Shown here: positions 61,701 through 64,000 of the stretch, piece by piece | Position numbering within the stretch: position 1 is the stretch's first letter | Layout of the letters: the number at the start of each line of letters is the position of its first letter | Assembly (NCBI GenBank): GCA_964016885.1 | Contig: OZ024742.1 | Span: forward strand, 37,076,001 to 37,140,000 | From: Eledone cirrhosa | Taxonomy: Eukaryota | Length of the DNA stretch: 64,000 nt | Direction of reading: 5' to 3' | The notes under the pieces: model-generated | Told to the model about the DNA's origin: nothing | The model's database searches: none | Seen by the model: only the letters and a program-made list of their open reading frames with translations | Made by a program: the position numbers and the translations under genes

Positions 61701-64000
61701 TCTACCTTGTCTTCACATGTCTACCTTGTCTTTATATGTCTACCTTGTCTTTATATGTCTACCTTGTATTCACATGTCTACCTTGTCTTTATATGTCTAC
61801 CTTGTCTTTATATGTCTACCTTGTCTTTATATGTCTACCTTGTCTTCACCTGTCTACCTTGTCTTCACCTGTCTATCTTGTCTTCATATGTCTACCTTGT
61901 CTTTACCTCTCTACCTTGTCTTCACCTGTCTACCTTGTCTTCCCCTGTCTACCTTGTCTTCATATGTCTACCTTATCTTCACCTGTCTACCTTGTCTTCA
62001 TATATTTACCTTGTCTTCACCTGTCTACCTTGTCTTCATATGTCTACCTTGTCTTTACATGTCTACCTTGTCTTTATATGTCTAGCTTGTCTTCACCTGT
62101 CTACCTGTCTTCATATGTCTACCTTGTCTCATATGTCTACCTTGTCTTCATGTCTACCTTGTCTTCATATGTCTAACTTGTCTTTATATGTCTACCTTGT
62201 CTTCACATGTCTACCTTGTCTTCACCTGTCTACCCTTGTCTTCACCTGTCTACCTTGTCTTCCCCTGTCTATCTTTTCTTCATATGTCTACCTTGTCTTC
62301 ACCTGTCTATCTTGTCTTCCCCTGTCTACCTTGTCTTCATATGTCTACGTTATCTTCACCTGTCTACCTTGTCTTCATATGTCTACTTTGTCTTCACCTG
62401 TCTACCTTGTCTTCATATCTCTACCTTGTCTTCACCTGTCTACCTTGTCTTCACCTGTCTACCTTGTCTTCCCCTGCCTACCTTGTCTTCACCTGTCTAC
62501 CTTGTCTTCACCTGTCTACCTTGTCTTCACCTGTCTACCTTGTCTTCACCTGTCTACCTTCTCTTCCCCTGCCTACCTTGTCTTCACCTGTCTACCTTGT
62601 CTTCACCTGTCTACCTTGTCTTCACCTGTCCACCTTGTCTTCACATGCCTATCTTGTCTTCCCCTGTCTACCTTGTCTTCATATGTCTACCTTATCTTCA
62701 CCTGTCTACCTTGTCTTAATATGTCTACCTTGTCTTCATATGTCTACCTTGTCTTCATATGTCTACCTTGTCTTCACCTGTCTACCTTGTCTTCATATGT
62801 CTACCTTGTCTTCACATGTCTACCTTGTCTTTATATGTCTACCTTGTCTTTATATGTCTACCTTGTCTTTATATGTCTACCTTGTCTTCACATGTCTACC
62901 TTGTCTTTATATGTCTACCTTGTCTTCCCTTGTCTTCACCTGTCTACCTTGTCTTCATATGTCTACCTTGTCTTCATATGTCTACCTTGTCTTCACCTGT
63001 CTACCTTGTCTTCACCTCTCTACCTTGTCTTCATATGTCTACCTTGTCTTCAGATGTCTACCTTTTCTTCCCCTGTCTACCTTGTCTTCACCTGTCTACC
63101 TTGTCATCATATCTCTACCTTGTCTTCACTGTCTACCTTGTCTTCACCTGTCTACCTTGTCTTCACCTGTCTACCTTGTCTTCATACGTCTACCTTGTCT
63201 TCACCTGTCTACCTTGTCTTCACCTGTCCACCTTGTCTTCACATGTTTACCTTGCCTTCCCCTGCCTACCTTGTCTTCACCTGTCTACCTTGTCTTCACC
63301 TGTCTATCTTGTCTTTATATGTCTACCTTGTATTCCCCTGTCTACCTTGTCTTCACCTGTCTACCTTGTCTTCACCTGTCTACCTTGTCTTCCCCTGTCT
63401 ACCTTGTCTTCATATGTCTACCTTGTCTTCACCTGTCTATCTTGTTTTCCCCTGTCTACCTTGTCTTCATATGTCTACGTTATCTTCACCTGTCTACCTT
63501 GTCTTCATATGTCTACCTTGTCTTCATATATCTACCTTGTCTTCACCTGTGTACCTTGTCTTCACCTGTCCACCTTGTCTTCACCTGTCCACCTTGTCTT
63601 CATATCTCTACCTTGTCTGCACCTGTCTACCTTGTCTTCACCTGTCTACCTTGTCTTCCCCTGTCTACCTTGTCTTCACATGTCTACCTTGTCTTCACCT
63701 GTCTACCTTGTCTTCAGCTGTCTACCTTGTCTTCATATGTCTACCTTGTCTTCATATGTCTACCTTGTCTTCACCTGCCTACCTTGTCTTCACCTGTCTA
63801 CCTTGTCTTCACATGTCTACCTTGTCTTCACCTGTCTACCTTGTCTTCATATCTCTACCTTGTCTTCACCTGTCTACCTTGTCTTCACCTGTCTACCTTG
63901 TCTTCCCCTGTCTACCTTGTCTTCACCTGTCTACCTTGTCTTCACCTGTCTTCCCTTGTCTTCATATGTCTTCCTTGTCTTCATATGTCCACCTTGTCTT
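49781..64000. repeat. 19-bp tandem satellite, consensus TGTCTACCTTGTCTTCA(CC/TA); runs off the 3' edge
   Basis: Directly visible. The unit is a 9+10 dimer (TGTCTACCT / TGTCTTCACC) with variant tails CACC, CATA, CACA, CCCC, TATA. Confidence 0.99.

Noticed and set aside
49716-62719. Very long + strand ORFs (up to 1111 aa) of LSTLSSPVYLVFTCLPCLH repeats
   Set aside because: The 19-bp unit has no stop in any + frame, so all three frames give the same periodic peptide. Indels switch frames freely and there is no codon-level constraint, so this is a satellite artefact.

Overview
Repeat-rich, AT-rich animal genomic DNA. The SINE/LINE repertoire resembles that of octopus (cephalopod) genomes; this is an inference from pattern recognition, not a database search. 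About two-thirds of the window is tandem repeat: a 32-bp satellite (1 to ~26750), a 17-bp minisatellite (~28040-29790) and a 19-bp satellite (~49781 to the end). All long ORFs in these arrays are repeat artefacts. Between them lie six phase-compatible internal exons of a + strand coiled-coil protein gene (27800-44402) that has no start or stop in the exons found, so both giant satellites probably sit in its introns. The introns carry decayed RTE-type LINEs (some nested), a Penelope-like fragment, SINEs, MITEs and a Helitron-like end. The standout is a ~3.2-kb cassette (45656-48824) bounded by ~445-bp near-identical inverted repeats. It encloses a decayed CRE-clade (restriction-like endonuclease) retrotransposon fragment and an intact, intronless, secreted/anchored alpha-carbonic-anhydrase-like ORF in which one zinc-ligand His is replaced by Phe.
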